Source of the DNA: Trichoplax sp. H2
Lineage: Eukaryota
Direction of reading: 5' to 3'
Assembly: GCA_003344405.1 (NCBI GenBank)
Contig: NOWV01000019.1
Span: forward strand, 496,001 to 560,000
DNA length: 64,000 bases
Below the pieces are notes generated by a model. That model was not told where the DNA came from. It saw only the letters and a list, made by a program, of their open reading frames with translations, and searched no databases. A program made the position numbers and the translations under genes. Positions 1-12,722 of the stretch are shown here, one piece after another. The first letter of the stretch is position 1. Every line of letters begins with the position of its first letter.

Positions 1-1747
1 CTTACAGTTCTAATCATTGTGATTGTAACTTATAGTAGATTGTAAATTATCTTGGAAATGTTCCGTGATAGGAAATGTCGCAATCTGATTATTCTGTATT
101 AGGCATTAGATGTCTATGATCGTAAATACAATTGTTTGCATTAGGGAGTAATAGCTAAAATTAGTATCTAATTCAGTGAATGATTCCAAAGTGTATCGTA
201 CTAACTATTGCAGAAGAGTATATAAACGCAATATATCGCGTAATAACGTTAATTCTTAAAGTTAGTGTTTAACGTATAATACGAGGCGTCTAGTCTTTGC
301 GTAGTCTGCTAGTAAAGCAAAAGTGTTCCAGATAGTGCAGATATCGTTCTTTGATACGTGGCTCAAGGAATTGGCATATTGATCGTACTTTACGTTATCT
401 GGTTGCGAAGCTGTTTGTGATAATGGTATACTTTTATAACCGAGAGTTTATCCTTGATCTTTATTATACGGTAGCTTTCAAATAATGATCACAAATCAGC
501 TTTAATCAGTCGAAATTTTCTAAATTTTTTTTATGTAATTTGGAACTACCATCGTTAATCCCATGTTGCCATATTTCCTTTGAAAGGAAAGATCGGTAAG
601 AATATTGCATTCGATTTCATTTCAAGTTGAAATGATTGAAACAGAGTTAATTTACCAACAGTTAAACCGCTAGTATAGCAATAGTACAACATCATGGGGC
701 GATAAAGAACACCGATTTGAAATCTGTTATTCTTATTTAGAGCAGCCATTGTGCAACCATTGACTAAAGAAAGGTTTATGTTGATACAAATAATAAATTA
801 GCGGGTCTCATTCAAATACTTCTTCATTAATGAGGTAGTTTTTCTTTAAGATTTCGCTACAGATGCGTAATCTCTTTTGTTTCTCTGTTGTCAACTTAGA
901 ATAGTGCGAACCTCCATTAGTAATCATTGCGGGCATTTCTTCAGTTTAATAATAAGCGCACTGTCTATTCTAATATTTTTTTGATATCATTTTACAAAGC
1001 ACAGTCAAAAGTCTAGACAACTGGCCGTGTGAGATTTTATTAATTTCCTATTTTGTACACTGACAGCAGGCATTATGTAAGATAATAAAATTATCCATGT
1101 GCCTTGTATTGAATGAGATCTTGCAATGTGCTAGGGTAGTATAAAGGAACAAACACTGCATATAAATTTTATAAGTACGGTATTATGCGATAAAGAACGA
1201 TCAGAAAATGAACATTCATGTTATTGACTTTTAGAAATTTGCTTAATGATAATACTCCATAATTTACAATGCAACAGAGAACCAATACTCTTTCTAGTTA
1301 TAATAATTCTTATTCGGCCCAATATCTTCTGATTCCATTTTTATTTATACTTTATTATATTGTCACACTTTATAGAGAAGGAAATTTTAGAATAGCTTCC
1401 ATTCACAATTGTTATATGATGAGATGCGGTTTTCACACGTAGGATTCGATGTTGAAACTCCTAGTTGATTATAGTAGCAATGGCTTACTTACGATGCCCA
1501 TTTGATAGTTTTTATGCAAAGTAAGGCAATAAATACTAACAAATGTAATGCTCTCAACACTATTTGTAATCTTTAGCCATTTTTAATGTAATCAGTAAGG
1601 AAATCCTCTTCATCTTATCGTCTTGCATAACTATTATAATTTATATAAAATGTAGCTGTAATCTGCTTATGACTATCGAATCAATTTTATATGATTGATA
1701 CTTTTCTAAATTCATGTTATTCTACCTTATTAGTATAAACAGATCAG

Positions 1748-4700
1748 ATGCCGAATCTATTTAAGTGGATGACTAGGTCAGCAACTCGCAGTAAAAGCCA
1801 GCAGCATTCCTTCGTGGAACAAATTGCTGAAAAATTTAATGGAGTTCGTAAGTATTGCGTGCTTATCTCTAGTAAAAGTTAGTTCTATTCTGTATTGATC
1901 TAAAAGATGATGTCTTATTATGTAAATGTTATGATAAGTAGTGTAAGATTATTTTATGGAAAAATGAATCTTTCCTTTATAAATATTGTAATCAATTCAT
2001 ACTTTTCGAAAAATATTTTGTCTGGATGGTTTGTATTTCGTAAATTAATTTTATCCGTGTATGTGTGTAATGTATTTAATAGTTCATTGGCACTATTAAT
2101 CTTTGTGTAATATTGATTAGTGCAACTTACCCTTTACCGCATGCAAGGAAGTGTTATATGGACTAGGCTACGCTAGTTTTATATTACATTATTTTGTGTG
2201 TAGACTCATACCAATATCACAAATCTCACTCTAAAGTATTCTAAATTAAACTAGCAATTAATTATATGTGATAAGATAAATTGCACCCTAGATTCCTAAA
2301 ATTACTAAATCAATAATATTAAAATCGCAGTTTTGGGTATAAATTATATCTTTCTACGGCATGCAGAACATAACTTAAAAAATCCACTACGACAGATCTG
2401 TAAATTAAATCAGAACCTGTATCGAAACGTTTCGGGTACATAAAGTATTCGATAATAAAGCAACATAACTGCTGATTTATTTTATGATTAAAAATTCGCT
2501 ACCAGATTTATCATAATTGAAGCATGAATACTATACAAATATATCGCCTAAATTGCAATCTTATATAATTTTTAACAAAAAATATTCCTAGCAGATATTG
2601 TTCGATTCTGACCCTAGTACAGTAGTCAAATTCACAATATCCTTAACCTTCATAACAGATTTATGTTATTTTGCATTATTTGACGTATAAAGTAAGAATA
2701 TTCAATTTTGCAAGTTTTACAACGCAGGAGTTTTCATTGCATAATATGATCGTAATTGGAGCTCTATTAACATTGCAATTGTGTTGGCATTGCAGACAGT
2801 AACTTCGTATTGGGAAGTACTAAAGAAAATAATCCAATTGTCTACTGTACGGATGGATTCTGTGAATTAACTCAATATAATCCGCAAGAAATCATTCGAC
2901 GAAATGGAAATTGCAATTTTCTGTATGGGGTTAAAACTCCACAGGATCATATTGACGCAATCCGGACAGCACTGGACGAACAGACTGAATTTCAAGTTAA
3001 AACTATCTTTTATAAAAAGGACGGTATGTTTCTATTTCTTTATGGCAGGGTGGTAATGATATCATAAGCATGGAAATTCAACTCTGCATTAATGATTTGA
3101 TAAGTGTAAACAACTTTCATTCTAGGATCGCCATTCGACTGTTTATTCGATATTTTACCTATTAAGAACGATGATGATAAAGTAGTCATGTTTGTTGCCT
3201 CTCATAAAGATTTATTAAATCAATCATTTGATGAATCAGGTAGGAAAGAGTATATCTATATGCTAAATGCATTTAAGATAATTAGAATTAGATTGTGCCA
3301 AATAAATAGGAACATTTCTCAGATTAATAGCGTGATTTTATTTTACAGTAAATGGCACTCTGTAGCATTTTAAAGCATTTTATAATAAAGCGCATAAAAT
3401 ATTCCGGTTAATTACGATATCTTATTATTTTCCTATAAAATACTAGATGGAGAGCTAAATAAGAATAATAGAGAATCAAAGCGTACCGTTAGTACCCTAC
3501 GTCGAAGAAACAGTCGGGCTGTCCTTTATCACCTTTCTGAACAACTTTCATTTAATGGACAGACTAAAACGGAAACGGATAAAATAACTGAAGTAAGGCT
3601 TAATGTTTGATGATTATCTTCACTTTTAAGTTGGATAACCCACATGCAATAATGCTATATTTTTAATAATATCTGATAATGTAAAATAGAAGATTAAGAA
3701 ATAAAAATGAATGGTGAATCTTACACATTCCCAACAATTCGGAGATGGCAAATTTTAAGTATTTTCTTTGTTATCTTTCATTAGAGACTAGTTTTAACCG
3801 CGAAGAATGCTAATGATGTAAAAGTTAAGCACGTTCAAAGGCCTATTTTCCTAATACTACATTATAGTCGATTAAAATTAGCTTGGGACTGGAGTATCAT
3901 CGCCTTGACATTTTTTATTGCAATTATGGTTCCGCTTTTCGTCGCATTTAAAATCTACAGTTTACCGGTAGTCATCCTACCTCAAATATGCTTCATTATA
4001 GATATTCTACTTAATTTTCGAACTACTTATATTGATAGTCATGGCCATATTGTATATCAAAGTAAAAGAATAGCCGCTAATTATATGAAAACTTGGCTCA
4101 TTATCGATCTTACGGCCTCTATCCCGTTAGAACTTATTATCGACTACGAAAATGCATCGCCATCTCTTCCGGTGAGTGGCTGTATAGAGCAAATTGAGAT
4201 AATTCATTAAAGATTTTATTACTGTTAATTACCAAGCTTAGCCTGCACAAGTTCGACTCATAGTCTAGTAAAGGTCTAAAATGGCATTCAAATGTCAGTT
4301 ATGCCATATCTTCCCAATCACATTAATAAAATAGTATAGTCTATAGGCCTTTATATAGTATTTAAATCATTCACTGCGCTACATACGGTATTAGATTTGT
4401 CTCGATTTTGCTTTTTCAAATTGTATATTTTTTTGTCTAATTTTGAATCATTGTCTTGACAGATTCGATGCATAGCCTTATTGAAATTGCTTCGACTCCT
4501 CCATCTAATTCACTTTATGGCCTATTGCGACCGTAAATTCGAATACAACGCTGCAGTTTTAGCCTTGCTATTACTATCGTTTGCAACATTAGCTCATTGG
4601 CTTGCATGTATCTGGTATATTATTGGAAATCGAGAGCTTATGAATAATCAGCGCCTTGGTTGGTTATACGAGCTATCGTTATCGCTCAATGAACCGTATT

Positions 4701-7700
4701 ATAACAGTACATCGGGTGGACCATCGCTGCAGGATAAATATGTTACCGCATTATATTTTACTTTAAGCAGTCTTACTACGGTGGGATTTGGCAATGTTTC
4801 TGGTAATACCACAGCGGAGAAAGTGTTCGCCGTCATAACTATGATTATTGGATGTAAGCTATTAGATTATCCCGTGGCAAATGTTCATCTTAGATGTTAT
4901 GCTGATATTTTCGATATCAATTACGCTAATTTTTTCTTTCTTATTCATATAGCTTTGATGTATGCCGTAATATTTGGTAATGTAACTGCAATTATTCAGC
5001 GAATCTATTCAGCTAGATCGAAATTTCGATCGCGAATGTATGATATCCGGCAGTTTTGTCATGCTTATCATTTGCCAAAGCAGTTAAAATATCGCTTAGA
5101 GGACTTTACTTACACCGATTGGTCCGTCACTAATGGCATTAACAAAGAAGAGGTAAAAATCGATTCGGCTTTTTATATACTTCGTTTTGAATTATGTGCT
5201 CTAAAATCGCTACATTCTGAAATACAGTATTTAATTTTGTTTATTTTTGTTTTTGGGTTGCTATCAGATAGATAGAATGATTAAGTAATTTTTTATTTTT
5301 GTATATCAATTTTTAAACGTACCAAAATTGAATTATCTGCCAAGTTTTGCAGACGTAGAATTAATTTGATCCCATGTTCTATCAATTAGGTTTTAAAAAC
5401 ATTACCTGTTGAGCTGCAAACTGATATCTGCCTGTACTTACATCGAGAATTTCTTGGCTTGTCGCTTTTCCAATCAGTCAGCAATGGCTGTATGAGAAAT
5501 CTTTCCAGCCGAATTCAAACAAGTTACTGTGCTCCAAGTGAGATTGTCATCTATGAAGGAGAGTTGTATCATCCTCTATATTTTGTCGCTAGTGGAACAC
5601 TGCAGGTCTTTCGAAATGATGTTGTCGTAGCGATATTAGGTACGTCAAATTATTCATGAATTGTGCCGACTTAAGCCTTTCGGTGAATCAAATTACCGTT
5701 TCACCTATCGTTGTCAATTAGCTATGGAATGTAAAAATTAACGATTCAGCTAAGAATATTGCTGTAGTACGTTAATTAAAGAGTAAAAGAGTATGATTGC
5801 TCTGCATTAATTTCTGCCATCTGTGTTCAGACATCGCTCCTTTAACTGTATATGGTTGTATACCTCAGGCTACAGTAATATTGACGTTGTATGAAATATG
5901 AGTTTTGATATACCGGCGTTATCAATAATAATATATTCACGGAAATTAATATTACCGTATTATATTTACAGCACGAATTCAGTCTTCAAATTTGATGCCA
6001 GTAGATGTAAGATTTTCACCTAGATGTACTGAGTGCATATTTGCAACATGTTTTACGAAATGAATCGGCTAGATTATGCTTTCCATCATATAGTGGTCAT
6101 TCGATCGAAATCGGCCATTTATACATTTAAATTAATGTTCATCAAGGCCGCATCGTAGATTGTATCTGAATTGTATAAGTTTTCGCCTTATTCTATTTCC
6201 TATTTGATTAATTAGGTCACGGTGATTTAATTGGGGAATTCCCACTTCAAAGTACAAGTTCCCATCTTCCAAAGTCTACTGGAACCGTTAAGGCCTTGAC
6301 ATATTGTGATTTACGCTACATTAATCATTTCGATTTAAAACAAGTTACTGAATCCTATCCTGAACTTGGACAAGTGCTACAAAATGAGTGGAATTTGGCA
6401 TATAATTTGGGAGAAGATGATGTACCGGTGAGCAAATATAAATAAATATGAATACCGAAATTGAATTACTAGCCTTGAAGATGCTGATCAGTTTGTGCTA
6501 CCAAGTAATAGTATTTCAAGCTATAGCATGGAGTTGAGCTACAATGGATGATGTTCGTAGTTAAGATTGCAAGATGCACAGTTATCTATTCATGATAGAT
6601 GTACATAATCCTTAGTAGAAGGATTAATTTATGTCATAAGTTAGTACGAACCGAAAGTTCTCGTCACATTATTTTTCAAATATTTTGCCACTAGCATCTC
6701 AAAATCTCAAGCAAATAGACTATATATATCTTTTCTTATTCGATAAACTTCGTAACATTAATACTATCTTAGAGAGAGACAATATGCGAGTTATACAAGT
6801 ACTATAATTCTATCCTCAAAAATTTTTGTAAGATTTTCTCTATCCTTACCTAGAGATTATAATTAGCTATAATGGAATTTCATCCGACATTTGCGTCAAT
6901 TTTAAAGTCTTAACCCAAATATATACGTATTCTATGATGTTAACATGTTTGTAATTAGTTTCAAACGTTCATATATTATATTTTTGCCAATAAATGCTTT
7001 ATATTAATAACTATCTTTGCGCAAATAGTTGACCATACCTAAGCAATATAACAATAATGATCCAGATGATGGTCGCCGAATGCCTTCTACGCCTAGATCT
7101 GCAAGTTTTAAAAGAATGTCATGGAGAAAGAAAAAACAGTGGAGAAGTGTAGGTAGCATTGGGGAAGATTCCATGGTACAGCCAGCAGAGAAACATGATG
7201 ATGGCTCTAGCGATGAAGGTAAGACATTGAAGTATGCATATTTTTTTCCAGAATGCAAAGACCTACGTATGTATCTGCTTGGATAGGAAAGCAGTAGAAG
7301 CTACGATAAACACAATTTATTTTACGGCTTGCATGTAGAATGAAATATTCTATTATCGTACGCTTATACCAATTGCTCCGCTTGGATGCCTATATTATCC
7401 AGGCTATTTAATTTAATATTTTTAATTTAAATTAATAGAAGTGAATAAAAATAATTTAATTAGTCGAAAGCTATACCGTAGTAAAGTAGCACTAACATAA
7501 TCGTATATATAAGATTGAATATCCATTGGCGGTAATAATTATTATGGTACTTAAGGAGCATTTATAGAATTAATTACACTTTTATAAGTAGTTTCCTATT
7601 TACTCCGATCCTATCACCAGTTACGACGCTACTGAATCGTGATAGAAAGTTTAAATTCGATTGCATTTCTTAAATGATTTTATTCAAATGCTAACGCCAT

Positions 7701-8510
7701 AGATACAAATTTTGATTGCATGTAATGTTTGAAAAGATATTAAATATTAAATTTTACTATCTAGATAATCACAACGAGAAAAATGCATCTGCTTCCATAA
7801 AAATTCGATCCAATCCTTTTGAACGCTTAAGCGCTCGTAGGAAGGACATTATCAAAGGTGGTCTTCGCTTTAATCGAAGTAAAGCTGCTAGCAAGCCCAA
7901 GTCTGTAACTAGTTCGCCTTTACTAGCTGGCAAAATGAAGAGAAGCGCCAGTTCGGTTGGTATCTCTAGTACCGATGATACCATGTTATCAAGAGGAAGA
8001 GCTCGAAGACCTAGTGATCCGTATTTAATGCATCATTTGCATGAAGGAAATAATGGGAATAAATGTGCTATTAGTAAGTTTTCAATCTTAGCTGAATCAG
8101 ATAATAACTTGCTCAGTGTCGAGCAACGATTTGAAGATGCTATGCAATCATTAAAAGCACGCTCACACGGTGGATCGGGTGAGGAGCTAGAAAATAACGA
8201 GGTCGCCCTTTCATTCTCAGTTGGTCTATCCAATGGAGCAATAAACGGCCATGATAGTACTAATAATAGTATGGATAAGGAGTATAGGCTCAAAAAAACT
8301 ACTAGTCAAGCAAGCTTGTCGGCCAAAGAAAAGCAAGAAATTCAAGGTGAAAATATGGAAACGATACAAGAACAACTTCTTGCTACTTGGGATACAGTTA
8401 TTAAAATGAATGAAAAAATAAGTCTCATGTCGGATGAAATAATTTTAGTAGCGAAAGATATAAAGGATTTAAAGGACATAGTTTCTGCTGAGAAGCAGAC
8501 CATACTATAG
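1748..8510 (+). CDS. EAG-family (KCNH) voltage-gated K+ channel, ELK/Kv12 subfamily; 11 exons, about 987 aa
   Basis: Exons 1748-1847, 2796-3023, 3126-3239, 3447-3592, 3785-4171, 4463-4853, 4953-5152, 5390-5639, 6216-6427, 7029-7218, 7765-8510 are all GT-AG and phase-compatible (2964 nt). PAS cap/PAS (HSNFVLG..PIVYCTDGFCELT), ELK-like RRRNSRAVLYHLS, FIIDILLNFRTTY, pore SLTTVGFGNVS, C-linker, CNBHD with AYNLG, and a probable C-terminal coiled coil. Confidence 0.93.
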
Positions 8511-9443
8511 AATGATGTATAGTCCAACCTTGGATATTTTTCTTCACTTTATCGATACTTGTAAATATAAACATAATAATGTTGGATTGATTTCAATTAA
8601 CTGTGCATGCAACGCTTTGAATATATTCCTAAGCAATCAGCTAATTGAGGTGGTACAGCGAATACCATTTGATTCTATATAAGATGATCGATAGCAATAC
8701 GTACATGCCATATTTCTGATATGCACTAACTTTAATGATTCTTATTTAAGTAGACCATGTTTGTTTGCCACATTTAGTTAATTTATAATCTTCATACTGA
8801 CATTTCGATTTTTGATAATTTATCGGTCCTATTTTTCCAAACCTTAGTAAAATTCAACTTGTTCTGCACTACTGTATATACAGTATAAAATAAACTAATT
8901 ATTAATGATTGATTAACTTGGGATTGTAGGCAAGGGTATAATACACCCTCAATATATATTATGTAAAGGGTGGACAAACTTACGACTTTCCTGAAAATGA
9001 ATTAGAGATGATTAATAAAACTCTTTGTCGTCTATCACTGCTTGTTATACGTCATTTGCGAATGCATAATATACTTGCTTAGTGCACAGAAAGTAGCTTT
9101 GAGTAATAACGTTACTGATTCAAGTCAAACAATAGAAGTCGACTCTCTGCAGAAGATACCTGGTAATAGTCAACATGTTCTTTTTTTAATCTATTTAGAA
9201 ATGCATAATGAATGCATATGCAGCGTAAGCTATTGGAGAATGCAGGATCCTTTATTGGTCAGCATAGTAAAAATTTTTTGACAAATAACGAAACGACCTT
9301 CCTGTCATCTTATTATATACATATATATATATATAGAACAGCTTCCCTTCTTAATCATTTAACTATCTCTGTGATCTTCCCATTGCAAGATGTAAATGTC
9401 CAAGAGTGATATCTAGCCTATGTACTTCAGTTCAGTAAAAATT

Positions 9444-12400
9444 TCAATCGTTTAATTCCAAATTTTCTAGATCCTCATCTATGTCATCCATAAATAAATC
9501 TTCTTCTATTAATAAGCTTCCACTATTAGCAGTGGCGTTATCGCTACTGCCAGCGACGGCAGCATTTCCATCATCTGTAACGTTGGAGTAACCTGCAGCC
9601 TCTCCTAATTTGTTATCATCGCCATCATCAGCAGCGTTTCCTTCCTTACTTTTACTAGCACCTGTAACAGAGGGTTTATTACATTACGACACTGTATTTT
9701 TCATAGTTTCAGAGACATCCACGCATGGCAACTCAAAACTGGTTAATCTAGTAAGGATATCATAATGGATTACCCTTTGATGTCGTCTTCTTCGACGTTG
9801 GCTCATCATCTGTAGCTGCGGCAAGTAATTCTTCAAAGGTTAAATCAATGTATTTTACGTTACTTGTCTCATCTGTTTCTGCCTTTCGCTCGAAAACTGC
9901 CTCTTCTTCGTCATCGTCGGCTTCTTCAACAAGGCTAGGTTGAAATTGAAAAACTTCTCTGCCACTTATCTACAGCGCACCATTAGAGCAAATACAGTAT
10001 TATAAATTGAGTAAAATAGTACTAACATCTGACATAATTTTTGTTCATGCAACATTTTTTTGATGTTATAACGGCGATATAACAAGGTAACAGTCACTAA
10101 CTCCAATGCTTCGTCCGGCTTTTAGTTCGGCTTTTTTCTTCTTCGTATCTGCTTCTTCTTTCTTTCGTTTCGCTTCCAACTAGTATAAGAGATAAAGTGA
10201 ACCATTAAATAATATCCATTATACACATCGAAATACTAAGTTGTCGATATTATGTTATGATAAGATCAATTACCCTATTCTTCTTCCAAACTATGAAAGT
10301 TTCATACGTAACTTTAGTTAGCTCTGAACCTAGATTCGCCCTCTAAACAGTGTAGTTTAATTGAACTTTATTGTGAGACAGTCATTTTCAACATTGTTGA
10401 ATTTCACTTTCATTTCACATCAATCATTAATCAGAACGAACCTTTGTTTCTATAAGTTCTTCTAGTGATGTGGTTTCATCTACTTCATCCTTCTTTGAAT
10501 TTTTTTTAAGCACAAATCCAGGTGGAAGTGCATGTCGATACATACATTTGTTTCCGCCATTAGGGCATGCCCAAAACCAACCATACAGACCTTTTTCAAT
10601 AGCTTCTAGAAAGTACTTGCAAACCTAACATGTGTATAGTTACCAATTCAATAAGGTAAAAGTCCAACACAGAATTGGGTAATCACTGCGATACATTAGT
10701 AGAGTAACAACGTACGATTTCAGTTCTAGGTTTGGCTTTTTCACTACCGTGCTTCTTGTTTACAACCTCCTCTAACTTTTCTTGATCCCATTTGTCCATT
10801 GTGTCTATGTGAATCAATATTAAATTTGATAAGGCAATTTTTAAATTGACCATTAGTGATATATTGAAATTATTTGACGCTAAATGATTTTAGAAAATCA
10901 GTTTTAATAACCATCTTTTAAGTCGTCTTCATCTCTTGAGTCAATATATACACTCCTTTTCTCAGTTTTTCGATCCAAGGACATATCATGAGAAAATTTG
11001 CATTTATCACCTTTACTACAATTTCCTTGCTTGTAAAAGGCACACAAAAGCGACTTTGGGTCTGCTCCTAAGTATTCAAATAGATGGTGATATGATAAGA
11101 CACCTGATTCATGCTCATCATCCGTCTTGTTGTTCAACCACAACAGGGCAAAAATTGCTAACGCTGTTGCCATAGCTAAAAGATACCTGCAGAAGCTTTT
11201 TGACTGACAGGTCTAAATAACTTCTCCATTTCATCTCTTTCTTTTTGTGCTTCGCTTTTCTTTTTCTAATATGGAAACAACAGTTGTTAGCCTATTGCTT
11301 TACAGGTATTTTTGAGTTCAACTTTGTAAACTACCTAATACAGCTATTGTATATTATTTCTACAATACTCGCATGACAAGCAGTGACAGAAATTGAATAA
11401 AAAGGAGTTGTAAAGAGATTTGGTAATCATGGCAAGTTCTTTCGATCAGAAAAGCCCAAGTCTAGACTATTGATACAATCACTTTGCCATGTTATACTTA
11501 CTTTATCCTCAAACTTTTGCTGTTCAGCCTGTTCAAGTCATAAAGCGCAATATTATATTAGCATTCATCAATCCGTCAATTTAACTGCAGTAATCTAAAC
11601 ATGTCAATAGGTCATTGAACTGTCTGACCTTGTTTGGACCTTGTTGTCCATATTTAACCTATAGATAAGTATACATCAATGGAAGACGCATGTTAATCGA
11701 ACTTTTGTATGAAAACACATGCAGTATAGTCATGAAGACTCTTCAATTATTATTAGTTTTCAACTGCTCGTATAAAAGTTGGTAGTTTGGTAGTCAACCA
11801 TTGGATGGATTGAAATCAGTCGCAATGACTTTCCGATTATAATGTCCTGTATCATCTATAACGTCCTATTGATGGTGGTGTACATTAACTTACCTGATTG
11901 GATAAGTGCTTAACGTACTCTTGCTGCTTTTTACCTTTTTTATTTTTTAAACCGAACGTTTTGTCCTAGAAGCATATTATACCGTTCATTAGTACATTGT
12001 TAACGTTCAATTACGTGTTACTCGATCTATTCCTACGAATGTTTTTAATGCAGATAATGATCGAATCGATTCTAGTGTAGACATTTCCATCATTTCTCAA
12101 CCGAAATTCTCTACCTATGCCTACAGTTGGATCGAGCTACCTATTGCTCATGGTTAAGGTAGTACTTTACGTGCATCTACTCGTATTGAGTTTGATCGAT
12201 GCCATACTCATGTCCGCTATTAGTAGACTTGCAACCATTTGGTAGATGATTTACATAACTAGTCAAGACTGAAGAGCGATGACGAGTAACTTATTGAATT
12301 TAAAGTTGTACACATGGTAGACTAATCGATCGTCAAGCTCGAATTGGAATTATCATCGATGGTCAAGCGATCCATCGATTCTGTAGATGTTACAACACTT

Positions 12401-12722
12401 CATTGTACAATCCATCAAGACGAGATTGTCGACCGAATTAGTATACCGTAAGCATGATGTTTGCCATTGCTGGTAGGAGACTCGTCTACGTAGTACGCAT
12501 CATGCGCCCACTTTAACGTAATGTAGTCGTATCCTGTCATCCTATCAAAGTGTCCATTATTGATAAGATATTAAGACGGCTTATCATTTGCTATCGATAC
12601 TATCATGATAGAATCGATGGCAATCAAGTTATTGGAATGAAAGGAGAGACCTCGACAATTTTCTCTTTCTTCTTTTGCACGGTTTTCTGACTTGGCGCCG
12701 ATGCCTTTTTCTTTGGAGGCAT
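9444..12722 (-). CDS. ZC3H15: Zinc finger CCCH domain-containing protein 15 (DFRP1/Tma46 family), multi-exon
   Basis: [114 protein letters not shown] and an acidic tail ending at TGA 9444-9446. Confidence 0.95.

Noticed and set aside
7769-8527. Antisense ORFs over the last KCNH exon
   Set aside because: Shadows of the sense coding frame.
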